Assembly: GCF_006345805.1 (NCBI RefSeq)
Contig: NC_043010.1
Coordinates: 31,868,001-31,932,000 of the forward strand
Direction of reading: 5' to 3'
From: Octopus sinensis
Taxonomy: Eukaryota
DNA length: 64,000 nucleotides
This document shows, in pieces, positions 52,463 through 64,000 of this stretch. Position 1 is the stretch's first letter. Every line of letters starts with the position of its first letter. The notes beneath the pieces were generated by a model that saw only the letters and a list, made by a program, of their open reading frames with translations, was not told where the DNA came from and did no database searches. Made by a program: the position numbers and the translations under genes.

Positions 52463-54690
52463 TTGTTTGTTGTATACATGAACACACACATATCAACAAA
52501 AGAACTGGTCTTAAAATTTTACAAAATGCTACTGTTTATAGAATCCATGTATGAAGTTTTGGTCTTCATGCTGAGCAAGTAGGCATCATTATGTCAGTTG
52601 ATGCATCATTTCTTTTGATAGATAGTAGAATGAAAAAAAAAAAATGAAAACTGGATCACTAACAACTCCACTTACCAGAAACTTCCTTCAGTTATCCCAC
52701 AGATTCACTTAGAAGGAAGCCATGATCGTTACTACTTCTATTTTCCCCTCTCATGTAAATTTAATAAATTTACTTTCTTAGACTAGGCAACCAAGTAAAA
52801 TATCATTATTAGTAGTTTTTAAAATTTATTTTATGATTTATCTAAGGTGGAAAGGCTGTGGTCCTCACCTTGGCTGGCCGTCTGGGACTCATGAAATTGA
52901 TTGGTTTTATGTTTGTCTGTGGAAAAAGTTGTGCAGAAACTGTGGGAACATAAGGTTTAGTTTTGTTGTCCTCATGTTTTAAGTTCTAATATTGCTGTAT
53001 TTCACTTCCATATTTACATGTCCTGGGTCGATAAAATATATACAGGACACTAGATCTTTTTTAACTTCAAGTTATCCTTGAACAAGTAGATCTATAATCA
53101 AAGGAATTCTAACCATGACTATCCCGTCTGCATTTTTTGAATATCTGAGATGTTATCCAACATATTCTTCCTTTGAATGATCAGTTGTGAGTTGAAGGAA
53201 TATTTTACTATTTGTAGCAAGTTGTGGAATCTCATAGAGGCATCCTAATTGGCTTGTATAGATACCAGTAATTTCATGTGGTTATTTCATGCATTTATAT
53301 TTGTTTCCTTTGGAAATTGTCCCCCTGTGGATGTTGTTTGGAATGCCTTGTGACTAAGGAATATATCTGCCAGGTGCTAATGATGGTGGTGCTTGACTGT
53401 CACAGTTTTTTTTTTTTTTAGATATTGTGTGTCTAGAACTACAATATCCAATGGGTCTTTGTTTTTTAAGTGAAATATAACTGCTTTTCTAGCAGGACAG
53501 ATGATTGATATGGTAGTGGTGTAAAATCTATATATGCCCACCTCAACAAAGCCCTATTTATTTTTTAAGGAACAGTGTTGTGGTTCAGATTTATGGTGTT
53601 AACTGGATGAGAGTTCAGTCTGCTCCAGGTTAGAACAGTAATCTTTAGTAAACATTTCTAGATACTCCAGTACCTATCCTGACTTGTGCTGAAAAAAGTG
53701 TTCTGTCTACATACACGATGTAACACTCGTTAACATCAGGTATGAATTCATGACCAGTATGTATCGAATACTTTACCTCTAAACAATTGTGCAAGCGTTG
53801 CTGTTGTGAAATGAACAGAAATGATGTTGATCGGGAAAATAAATTAGTTTCTTAATTAGTTTAGCTCAATTAGATTCTGTTTTATCTTTTTTGAATTATT
53901 ATATTTTATTATTTTTTTTATTATTTACAAACATTTGGTAAATAATTAAGAGAACTGGTAAAGTGTCAAACAAAACACTTTGCCGTATTTATTCCATCTC
54001 TTTGTGTTCTGAATTCAAATTCCACCTGGATAAACTTTGTTTTTCCTCTTCCCCAGGTTGGTAAAGTACTGGTCAAATACAGGGGTCAGAGCAATCAACT
54101 AAAATGTGTCCCACCAAATTTCTGGCCTTGTGCTTATGCAAGAAAAAGTCATTAATAGAAAACTTTTTACTGCTTTTTTACTCTACTAATCCCCTTTCTC
54201 TCTTATACAATTTCTCCCCACCCCCGTTTCACTCTTCCTTTCCCTTCCTCCTCTCTCTCCCTTGCTCTTTCATTTTCTTCTTTCACTTGTTATTTAATCG
54301 TTCTCCCACCTTTTGTATCTTCTAAATCCTTATCTTCCTTTATCTTTCTCTGACTCTACCCGCTATTGCTCTGTCCCCACACTTATTTAGCCCCTATCTG
54401 CCACTGTTCATCCCTGTTTATTACTGTCCACTCTGATCTGTTGTCCTGCTTCTTTATTATACTCTTCCATAGTTTCTGATTCTCTGTATGTGGGTATATA
54501 AGTGTGTGCATGCACAGATGTGCATCAATATATGTGTGAGCATATGTGTGTATATATGAGTGGGAATATGCATGTGTGTATACGCATATGTGTATATGCA
54601 TATGTGTATGTTTGTATATGTATATAGATGTGTGAAAGCATGAATATGTATAGATGTATGTATGCACCTGTGAGTGGATGTATGTGTATA

Positions 54691-55552
54691 CAGGATGCGG
54701 TGAATGTATTGTCATCTAAATTATGCAAAAATGAAAATAACACTGACATCTCATTTTAACAGATAGATTTACCAAAATATTCTGAAATACTAGAGAGTAT
54801 ATTTATTAAATAAAATCACCATTGGCTTTGACCATGGCCTCCACACAACTTTGGAATCTTCTGCAACTCTTCTGGATAGTCTCCTTGTTTAAGTTGGTGA
54901 ATGCTGCCATAATTCTTGCCTTCAGTTCATATTTGGTGTTACAAGGAGTTTTGTTGGTCTCTTGCTCAACTGTGCCCCACACATAATAATCAAGGGGATT
55001 GCAGTCTGAGGAGTTAGGTGGCCAGATGTTAGAGGTGATGTCACAGAAATTGTCTGACAGCCATGACTGGGTTCTCTTGCTTGGTGCAGAGTTGTGTTGC
55101 CAGACATAGGATCTTCCAGCAGCCATCCCCTTGACCCAGGGCTGCACTACCTCCTCCAGGCACTTGATGTAGGCCCCTGTGTTGAGTCTGAGGCCATAAA
55201 AATAAATGGATGCAAAATGTCACCATCACTAGTGATCATTCCAAACACCATGATGTTGGCTGGATGTTTGATTTTTATCACTCTCAGTACATGTCTCAGA
55301 TTGCACTGTCATCAGATTGACACCCAAACACTTTGAAATGTTCGTATTGGAGATTCTGGTGGGAATGCCAAGCAGTACAGCATGTCATTTCCAAATTTCT
55401 GGCAGAGTGAATTGCATCATGGTGCTGTTTTTCTCACAGATGGTGCCCAACTGACCCTACTATACTTGTGTAGTTGACAAAATCAAAAACAAACAATGCA
55501 CATGCACGAAATTAAAGATATAAAATGGCAACAATTTACCCATCAAACCCTG
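54691..55552 (-). mobile_element. Internally deleted maT/DD37D Tc1-mariner
   Basis: YVWQHNSAP and IWPPNSSDCNPLDYYVWG; TA-flanked cagg(g/a)t... imperfect TIRs. Confidence 0.8.
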
Positions 55553-55899
55553 TACTTTTGTATAAATATGTATGTATATGGATGTTTATGCTTATATTCA
55601 AATATGAATGTTTATGTGTATGTACTCTTGTATATATACATTTGTGTGTGTGTGTGCGTTTCTTTCTTTGGGATATAGTTAAATTGTTTTCCCTTTGCAG
55701 AATTCAAGCTGGTCTCTAACAAAGTGACAAGGTTGTTTTGTTTAAGTCAAGACAGCTCTTGGGATTTTTGGTTATTTGAATTTGTTGATGTATGTGTGTA
55801 TATGTGTTAAGCAGATGTGTTCATGTATGCAGATAAATTTGTACTTCATGGCCTATTTATGTATGTGTATATCATATGTGTATGTGATTTTATGTATAT

Positions 55900-56620
55900 T
55901 TTCACTTAGGAACATCAAATGGAGCATCCCTGAAATGTTTTACAAATTTTTCCCTGTTCCTCTAATTGATTGTGTCTGGAGAATGAGAAGCAGTCTGCTC
56001 TGTTATTATGTTGGAGAACTTGAGCATTTCTAGGTTTCTATGGAGATGTATTCTTGCATAGTCCAGTGCAACTGTGATAATAGGTACCAATGAAAATCTG
56101 TAGTCTGGATATAAGTGCTGTGCGTTTCTTGTTAGTTTTTCATAGATGTTCGCTTTTTCTCCAGTTTTTAATGAGAAATTCATATCACTAGGCTGCTGGT
56201 GTCTTTTGCTCCCTCTCCTACACAACAATATCTGGCTTGTGCTTACATAATCTTGCTGTTTATATTAGAATGTTTTCATCAGTATTCTTCATTTTTTAGT
56301 AGTCATGGATAATTTCTGGTTCTTGTATGCCTTTGGTATTACTTATTGGATAATCCTTCCTGTGTGTAGCATTATAGACTGTCTTAGCTACAATGTCATG
56401 TCTCATGAGAAAGTAATATCTTTCAGACATTTTTGGACAGCTGCTGATGGTATGGCTAATATCTTCCAGGCTTGTATTATGCAGTCAGCATCAATTTCTG
56501 TCACAACATGGAAGATCCAGAGATATCCTTATTTCACTTGTTAATCAGGTATTTTGTAGTAATCTCCTATTCTTGGTCAGCAAATGTGTAACCTTTTAGT
56601 TCAGATGTGATGTACTTCTC
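55900..56620 (-). mobile_element. R4/Dong-like LINE C-terminal (restriction-like endonuclease) fragment
   Basis: YEKLTRNAQHLYPDYRFSLVPIITVAL, resembling the KY..L...PII.GALG RLE tail. Confidence 0.55.
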
Positions 56621-56719
56621 ATAGGTTCAGGAGAGGCTACAACTCTTTCCATTGTTGTTGGTTTTCTCTGGCCTGTGAGATATGACCTCCTGCATAACTC
56701 TTTGCTGTATCTTTGTATC

Positions 56720-56940
56720 TTTTATCTTCTACTTGTTTCAGTTTAGACTACTGCCATGTTGGGACACCACCTTGAATTTTTTAGTTGAATGAATCAACCT
56801 CAGTACCTCTTTTTTAAGCTTAGTATTTATTCTATTGGTCTTTTTTGCCAAACCACTAAGTTATGGGGATGTAAACACACCAACACCGGTTGTCAAGTGG
56901 TGGTGGGGGACAAATACAGATAGAAAGACACACACACACA
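56720..56940 (-). mobile_element. SINE tail half
   Basis: cttgtttcagt...gtaaacacaccaacaccggttgtcaag. Confidence 0.8.
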
Positions 56941-57237
56941 TTGATATACAATGTTGTAATTGCTCAAAATGCAAAGTAGATAAACAGCTGACAACTGATG
57001 AAGGGTTGTTGTTCTTTATGTTACTTGTCTTGTTTTCCATTTTTTTCTTTCGTTGTTCACAAAAAAACTTCATAGTCATATTTTCGTATTTTGTATTTCA
57101 TGTTGTTTACGTTTTATGATGTCCTGTACCCATATATGCATATATATATACATTTATATGTAAGCATGTACATACATGTATGTATATAATCATATATATA
57201 TATATTATTTATATTATGTCTACATATATGTGTATAT

Positions 57238-57279
<42 letters not shown>

Positions 57280-57743
57280 ATTATATATATATATATATAT
57301 ATTCCACCCATGTCAACATGGAAGGCGGATGCTAAACAATGATGATGATGATGATGATGATATATATATATTGAATTCGACTTATTGAGTATATATGTGG
57401 ATGTCCGCTTGCTTTACATGGTACAATCATGGTTGTTATTATTATTATTATTATTAATATTAATATTAATTTTATTGACTTTTTGTGTGGTTATACATTT
57501 TAATAGACTGAACTGTTAAATATATATGCCTGCTTTAAATTTAAATGTGAGTGTACATGTATTTCCTTGATGTTGGTTATAGAACTATGAGTTCAATATG
57601 GAACATTATTGTGTTTGTTAATGTATATTGATATATATTGTTTATATTGTATTATTGTGTATATATATATGTGTAGAATTATGAGTGTCTATGCACACAT
57701 TTTTATATTTATATGTAAATTTTTTTCATACTTACATTAAATT

Positions 57744-57852
57744 CTCTGAAGAGGCCGTGAGACATTCTTGTTAATGTCTCATTTATACCTGCTTTATATG
57801 GCTAATAGGTTAAATGGGACATACCTGTCTTCACGGCCGAAACAGCTGTCAG
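57744..57852 (+). ncRNA. Type I hammerhead ribozyme with weak stem I
   Basis: CT-CTGAAGA-GGCCGTGAGAC...GTCTTCACGGCC-GAAA-CAGCTG-TC-AG; only 2 bp of stem I pair. Confidence 0.72.
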
Positions 57853-58016
57853 CTACAATGTAATTGTATTTTCTATTTCTATTTCTATGTCTAGTTATAT
57901 TTGTAATATATTATGTATAATGTCATTGCTGTTGTGTAATGGTTTAATAAAGTATTGATTGGGTATTATCTGATGGTTGATGATTGATTTAGGTATGTTT
58001 CTCCATTTTCTCATTT

Positions 58017-58059
<43 letters not shown>

Positions 58060-58061
58060 AA

Positions 58062-58222
58062 CAAGCTTCTTTCAGTTTCTGTCTAACAAATCCATTCACA
58101 AGGCTTTGGTTGGCTCAAGGCAATAGTAGGAGATACGTGCCCAAGGTGCTTCACAGTGGGACTGAACCTGGAACCATGTGGTTGGGAAGTAAGTTTCTTA
58201 CCACACAGCCATGCCTGCACCT
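58062..58222 (-). mobile_element. SINE head half
   Basis: Same family as 4673-4836. Confidence 0.8.
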
Positions 58223-58364
58223 GTATGATGAGTATTTCTTTTTTGCAAGTCTCTGGTGAAGTATGTCAATTCATTCCCCTCCTAGTTCACATGGAACAGC
58301 TGTTGACTCAATACCTGTTCAGGTGTTCTTCACCTAATCTCATGGTATCTTTACTCTTTCTCTG

Positions 58365-58410
<46 letters not shown>

Positions 58411-58620
58411 CACTTCTGTCTTCTTCACTGTTTAGTCAGTGTTGTCTAAGTAAGGTGATCCAGCACTTATGCATCTATCTCGATCACTTCACTTTTACAT
58501 AGATCATGCCAGTGTTACTGTTGATGTGGAAATTACCAGTGCTTGTTAGTATCTTCCTTGTCCTAATGTTCAAGTTACAGATTTCCTCTTGTGTCATATT
58601 CACACTTTGTGTATATGTTT

Positions 58621-58830
58621 TCTCTCTCTATCCGCTCTGTCGAAGTCGACTCTCGGTCACTCGTTGGATCAGTGTCCTCCAGTCAGTTCTATCCTGGGCT
58701 GCTTCTTTCAGATTGGCTATGTCCATTCCGGTATCACTCTTGATGGTGTCAAGCCAGCGGGTTCTTGGTCGGCCTCTTCCTCTCTTGCCACTGACCATTC
58801 CGAACATGATGTCCTTCTCCAGGGATTGTA
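58621..58830 (-). mobile_element. RTE/BovB-like LINE 3' end
   Basis: MVSGKRGRGRPRTRWLDTIKSDTG...AAQDRTDWR. Confidence 0.8.
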
Positions 58831-59111
58831 TATGTTTTACATGGCCACAATCAAATGATTGAAACGAGTGAAAGAATGAAAGAATATTTGTGTATGATGT
58901 TTGTATGTATATTTGTCTTATGTATAAATCTATGTATATCTGTATGTGTCTCTTATGTATACATGTATGTCTGTAACATAGGTAATCCTGTATTTGATGT
59001 TTACTTTCTCTCCATCTTTTAACTATAGCTCCCTTGCATTCTCTGTATGTCTTTCTCCCCCCCACACACACTTATATACATGTGCATGTCTAACACACAA
59101 TTTTTATATAT

Positions 59112-59293
59112 TATAGTTCTATATTTAAGAGATGAAGAATTATGTACATTTTTTACATTTGATGGATATTTGTTTTCATCTTGTTTGTTGTTAACGCAAC
59201 ATTTCGGTTGATATACCCTCCAGCCTTCATCAGGTGTCTTGGCGAAATTTCGAACCTGGGTTCTCATTCCTAAGGTATTTTTCGATGTTGTTG

Positions 59294-59335
<42 letters not shown>

Positions 59336-59622
59336 TCACTGCCTGGAATCGAACTTGGAATCTTGGAGTTAGTAGCCCGCACTCTTAACCACTACACCAA
59401 ATGCTACTAACTCCAAGATTCTGAGTTCGATTCCAGGCAGTGACCTGAATAATAACAACAGCAACAACAACAACAACATCGAAAAATACCTTAGGAATGA
59501 GAACCCAGGTTCGAAATTTCCCCAAGACACCTGATGAAGGCTGGAGGGTATATCAGTTGAAACATGTAAACAACAAACAAGATGAGGACAAATATCTGTC
59601 AAATGCAAATAATGTAAATAAT
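59112..59622. mobile_element. Inverted pair of a tRNA-headed element with a hammerhead-like tail
   Basis: The minus copy (59112-59402) has an A box TGGTGTAGTGG, a B box AGTTCGATTCC, (AAT)n and a CTGATGA...GAAA motif. The plus copy (59403-59622) is 5'-truncated and visibly diverged. Confidence 0.75.
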
Positions 59623-59920
59623 ATAAATTTTTATATATGTATATAATTATTATACCTAAAGTTGACAGTCTACTCTGAATTTTGTCCTTGGCTCTTCATG
59701 ACTGTAAAGTAGGAATTCTCATATATGATGGCATATAAGATGCAATTTTTCTTGAAAAAAATATCTCAAAATCATCCTGGCTTCTATCAGGTCATCCCAC
59801 GCTTTAACAGTATTTTAGAATGTCTGACAGCATCAATAATATTTATATGTATTTGGACATATTTAAACTAATTGAATTTCATTTTGCAGGATAATCTAAT
59901 TGAAGTTTTACTAATCATAG

Positions 59921-60892
59921 CTCTTCAAACATGGCTGTGTCTAAGTATTTGAAGCACATAATGCTTTGCAGGTTTAAAAAAGGGAACTCTACAGCTGAAG
60001 CAACTTGAAATATTCACTCAGCTTATGAAGAAGAGTGCCTGAGTGAAAGAACTTGCAAAAGATGGTTTGTAAAATTCAGAAGTGGAGATTTCAGCCTTGA
60101 AAATGAGGTCTGAACAGGATGTCCAACTGAGTTTGATGACAAGCTCCTTTTGGAAGAACTTGAAAAAGATTGTGCAGTTTCAGTTGAAGAACTGGTAAGC
60201 AAGCTTTGTTCAAGCTATACAACTGTTCACTACCATCTTCAACAACTAGGAAAGGTCCCCAAAACTTGGAAAATGGGTGCCTCATGATTTGTCAGAAGCC
60301 AGCTGCAAGTCCTGAATGGACATCTACTCTTCTCTTCATTCTTGTGAATTCATTTCCCCCTTTTTGGACAGACTGGTGACTGATGATGAAAAATGGGTGT
60401 TTTATCAAAATGTTAAGCATCGTAGACATTGGCTTGGTGAAGAAGAAAAGGCCCAACCACAACAAAAAAGAACTCCATGCAAAGACGGTTCATCTCTCTG
60501 TTTGGTGGGATTGCAAACTAATGCAACAACCAATGCTCAAATCTACTGTCAGCAATTAGAGCATTTGAACACTGCTTTCTCGAAAAAAATGGCCTGCTTT
60601 AATGTATTGAAAGGAAGTGGTGTTTTATCAGGACAAAGCAAGACACCACACTGCAAAGATCACATTGCAGAAGATTGAGGAACTTCACTGGGAGAAAATT
60701 GCTCATCCACTTTATTCCCCAGACATTACTCTTTCAGATTACCATTCGTTCTGTAATTTACAGAATCATTTGGATGGATAAACTCCTGAAATAACTTTGA
60801 AACCAAACAAGTTTTTCACTAATGGGATTAAAAAGCTTAGAAGTAGATGGAAAGATGTTATAGATAATCCTGGAAAATATATTGATGATTAA
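59921..60892 (+). mobile_element. Degenerate mariner (Hsmar1/SETMAR-like)
   Basis: RTCKRWFVKFRSGDFSL, GKWVPHDL, FLDRLVTDDEKWVFYQN and HPLYSPDIT.SDYH. Confidence 0.85.
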
Positions 60893-60916
60893 GTTTCATT
60901 AAAATGTAAGATTTTA

Positions 60917-61318
60917 GGTGTAGGAATGGCTGTGTGGTAAGAAGCTTGCTTACCAACCACATGGTTCCAGGTTCAGTCCCACTGCATGGCACCTTGGGCA
61001 AGTGTCTTCTACTATAGCCTTGGGCCAATCAAAGCCTTGTGAGTGAATTTGGTAGACGGAAACTGAAAGAAGCCCGCCGTGTATATATATATATGTGTGT
61101 GTGTGTGTGTATGTTTGTGTGTCAGTGTTTGTCCCCTAACATTGCTTGACAACCGATGCTGGTGTGTTTAGGTCCCTGTAACTTAGTGGTTCGGCAAAAG
61201 AGACCAATAGAATAAGTACTAGGCTTACAAAGAATAAGTCCTGGGGTTGATTTTCTTGACTATAAAGGCGGTGCTCCAGCATGGCCACAGTCAAATGACT
61301 GAAACAAGTAAAAGAGTA
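60917..61318 (+). mobile_element. tRNA-derived octopus SINE, full length
   Basis: Head to gactgaaacaagtaaaagag tail. Confidence 0.9.
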
Positions 61319-61964
61319 TTTGATTACTTGTTTCCTTTATCTAAAATCCAGACATTACATATGGGATGACCTGATATATGTGAAGCTCTAAAACCCATTT
61401 TTCCTCAATGTATACTGCTGAAATTTGGTGTTTTTAATATGCTCATGCATCTTTTATGCCCTCAAATACATCAAGTTCTTATATGTCTCAACACAATCAT
61501 AAGATAGTAAGAGTGTTTCTACCACCACAAAAACACATGCGATTTGAAATTAAGATCTCCTGTAACATTTAACATCCGACTTACATAGATATATTTATAT
61601 CTACCTAACATTATAAATGTGACAAACCCTACTTTCTACTTATCAGTCATGAGTAGCTAAGAGTGAAACTCAGAGTAGAAAATCAATTTTTAATATAAAA
61701 ATATATCATCCACTCTATCCTATGTATTGAGTTCTATATCCAATTTGCACTATGTAAAATATTTTTTATCTAATTTACAAGTCTTAGGATATGTATGTGT
61801 GTATGTGTATATATATATAATATATATATATATATATACATACAAAGAGAGAGAGAGAGAGAAAAGAGAGATACACACGCACACATATGCACCCACCTCA
61901 GTTATTGTGTGTATATTAATGTATAAGCTGTGTGTGTGTATATATATTCGTTACTCTTTTATTT

Positions 61965-62290
61965 GTTTCACTTGTTAGACTGTGGTCATACTGGGGCGCA
62001 ATCCTGAAGAATTTTAATTGAATAAATCAGTCCTAGTACTTTTCTTTTATTATTTTTTCAGCTTGGCAATTATCCTATCACTCTCTTTTGCTGAATCACT
62101 AAATTATGGGAACATAAACACACCAACACTGGTTGTCAAGCAGTGATGGGTGACAAAGACAGACAAAGACATGCACACACACACAGATATATAAAAATAT
62201 GTGTGTGTGAGTGAGTATGTGTATGCAATGGGCTTCTTTCAGTTTCCATCTACCAAATCCACTCATAAGGCTTTGGTCAGCCCAAAGATA
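61965..62290 (-). mobile_element. SINE lacking head
   Basis: Tail and core of the main family. Confidence 0.75.
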
Positions 62291-62394
62291 TAGTAGACAA
62301 TACTTGTCCAAGCAAACATCTTAACACTCAGACACTCCTACATACATACATACATGCATGAACATTCATGCATGCCAACGTCCTCTCTCCATAT

Positions 62395-62600
62395 AACTGA
62401 TGTTATTCAAGGGAAAGGCAAAGGCTGATACAGCTTTGCACCTGTGATGTTGCAACTCATTTCTACAGCTGAGTGAGCTGGAGCAACATGAAATAAAGTG
62501 TCTTGCTCAAGAACACGACACACTGCCCGGTCTGGGAATCGAACTCACTACTTCATGATTGTGAGCCTTGCATGCTCACCACTGAGCCATGCCCCTTCAC
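62395..62600 (-). mobile_element. Third SINE family copy
   Basis: Reverse complement of gtggctcagtgg...gagttcgattccc...ttgagcaagacac. Confidence 0.7.
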
Positions 62601-62789
62601 TGCCTACCACAACTGGACTTAATTTATACATCCAGAATAACAACTGCTGGATTATACAGGTTGTAAATCAACATGAAAGGAACAAAAATGAGGCACAGAA
62701 GTATAAAAGAGAACTAAACTTAGATGTAAATGGTTATACCAAAACTGCCAATAGAAGCAGCAAAGCACAACACACAAAATGTTAAAAAA

Positions 62790-63215
62790 AAAACCTGAGA
62801 AAGCTTATAAACAAATGACAAGAGAAACCATTCAATGGTCAATATCTCAAATGAACAACAGAAGTAGATATAGATAAAGAATGAACACATCAGTGGTTGT
62901 GTAGTTCAGGTCTACAGGCAGAAGCTGAAGGTTTTATAATGACAGCTCAGGATCAATCCCTTCTCAAGAAACTACCAAGCAAATGTTCTCCACAATTGTG
63001 CTGATCAAAACTGTAGGCTATGTGATAATACTATTGAGACCATAGACTGAATAGGGCTGTACCTATATTGGAACATTTGTGTCATTATGACATTCCCTAA
63101 AAACTGAACCTCACCAGAAACCAGTCACAGAGAGTAATAGTGTTACACTTGACAGATAGATAATAGACCTGATATTATTATCGACAATCATCACCAAAAT
63201 TCCTACTATCTAATA
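62790..63215 (+). mobile_element. R4/Dong-like LINE C-terminal fragment
   Basis: WLCSSGLQAEAEGFIMTAQDQ, CRLCDNTIETID (zinc knuckle) and a downstream RPDI-like region. Confidence 0.7.
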
Positions 63216-64000
63216 GATATGATAGGAATATCTCAGTCAAGGAGATTGATTAGATCAGGCAGCTGGTCGATATGGTCCTGTTTACATTGTAAGGTCAGTT
63301 CCATACCTATACCTGACCAGTTTTGCTTAGGTATTTTTTTGACTTCCAATATTGTCATTTTGTCTTCTTCTAAACCTGCCAGGATGGCCACCACTAATCA
63401 GGTGATGGATATTTCTGGCAGCACATTCAATGCCCCAACTGTGGCATAGTGTTGGCTGTGATAGCTGGGGATTAAGAAGTTTTCATTCCTCAAAGTGCTC
63501 ATGGAATGACACTTGGCTTCTTCTGTCCCAAATCTTTACATCAATAGTTCCAAACTTCTTCCCTTGGCTGATGTGGGTCTTTTGTTCCCACATGTGCCCA
63601 AAGCATTTTTATATTTCGCTCTCAGGACCTTTTTCCATCTGGCATGACTTAATGCCAATGCAATGGTATGTGACTGTGCGTTTTAAGATATTCTCTATTC
63701 TCTATCATGTCAGGTGAACGGTTTAGAGCAACCCTTCTCCCATTTTATAATTTTCCTTGCGATTTTTAAATCTTCTTCATCTATGCAGAAATTTTCCAAA
63801 TTTCTCCCTGCAATTGCAAAAGAAATCATTGAAGCAGGGGCTGCTGTGGAGGTGATATTCGTATTTTATGTTTCCTTTCTTTCCTATTGTTGTTGCTGTT
63901 GTCGATACTAAAAGTTTTGGCATTGCTTAGAGATGAAACATTATTCACCTTGGGGACATCATTAAGTGTAGGCCATTCTACATCTTTGTTCTCATTCTTT

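Noticed and set aside
56990-57060. CTGATGA core at ~56995
   Set aside because: No matching stem II, GAAA or cleavage triplet downstream.
59331-59402. Functional tRNA gene
   Set aside because: A/B boxes are present but I could not form an acceptor stem; it is the head of a repeat.
63845-63900. Possible SorCS exon 2 (GTG ATA TTC..., VIFVF)
   Set aside because: No polypyrimidine acceptor, and the translation does not continue as the expected VI.ILT...SSLWRS.D.G.
63230-64000. LINE N-terminal remnant on the minus strand
   Set aside because: Only vague similarity by eye, with many stops; no diagnostic motif.

Overview
AT-rich, microsatellite-dense animal genomic DNA. It is inferred to be Octopus, from the abundant tRNA-derived SINE families and (TA)n/(CA)n/(TACA)n tracts. 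Almost all short ORFs in the track (YI, HT, CV runs) are microsatellite translations. The one convincing host coding sequence is exon 1 of a SorCS-like VPS10-domain receptor (49394-50446), repeated in tandem with a frameshift (51065-52122). The rest is transposon debris: Penelope-like elements (PLEs), RTE, CR1-like and R4-like LINEs, mariner/maT transposons, a Helitron fragment, SINEs, and a non-autonomous tRNA-Trp-primed LTR element inserted into a CR1 ORF. The most striking unannotated signal is a dense set of type I hammerhead ribozymes (HHRs) read by eye. There are 9 copies with a complete core from several unrelated families, plus about 10 broken or variant copies. Most have a palindromic stem III and sit in inverted or tandem PLE-style repeats next to (TA)n. 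They include a 533-bp non-coding tandem unit (retrozyme candidate) and a tRNA-headed element with a hammerhead-like tail. Caveat: several near-identical duplications differ mainly by 1-nt indels, so some may be long-read assembly artefacts.
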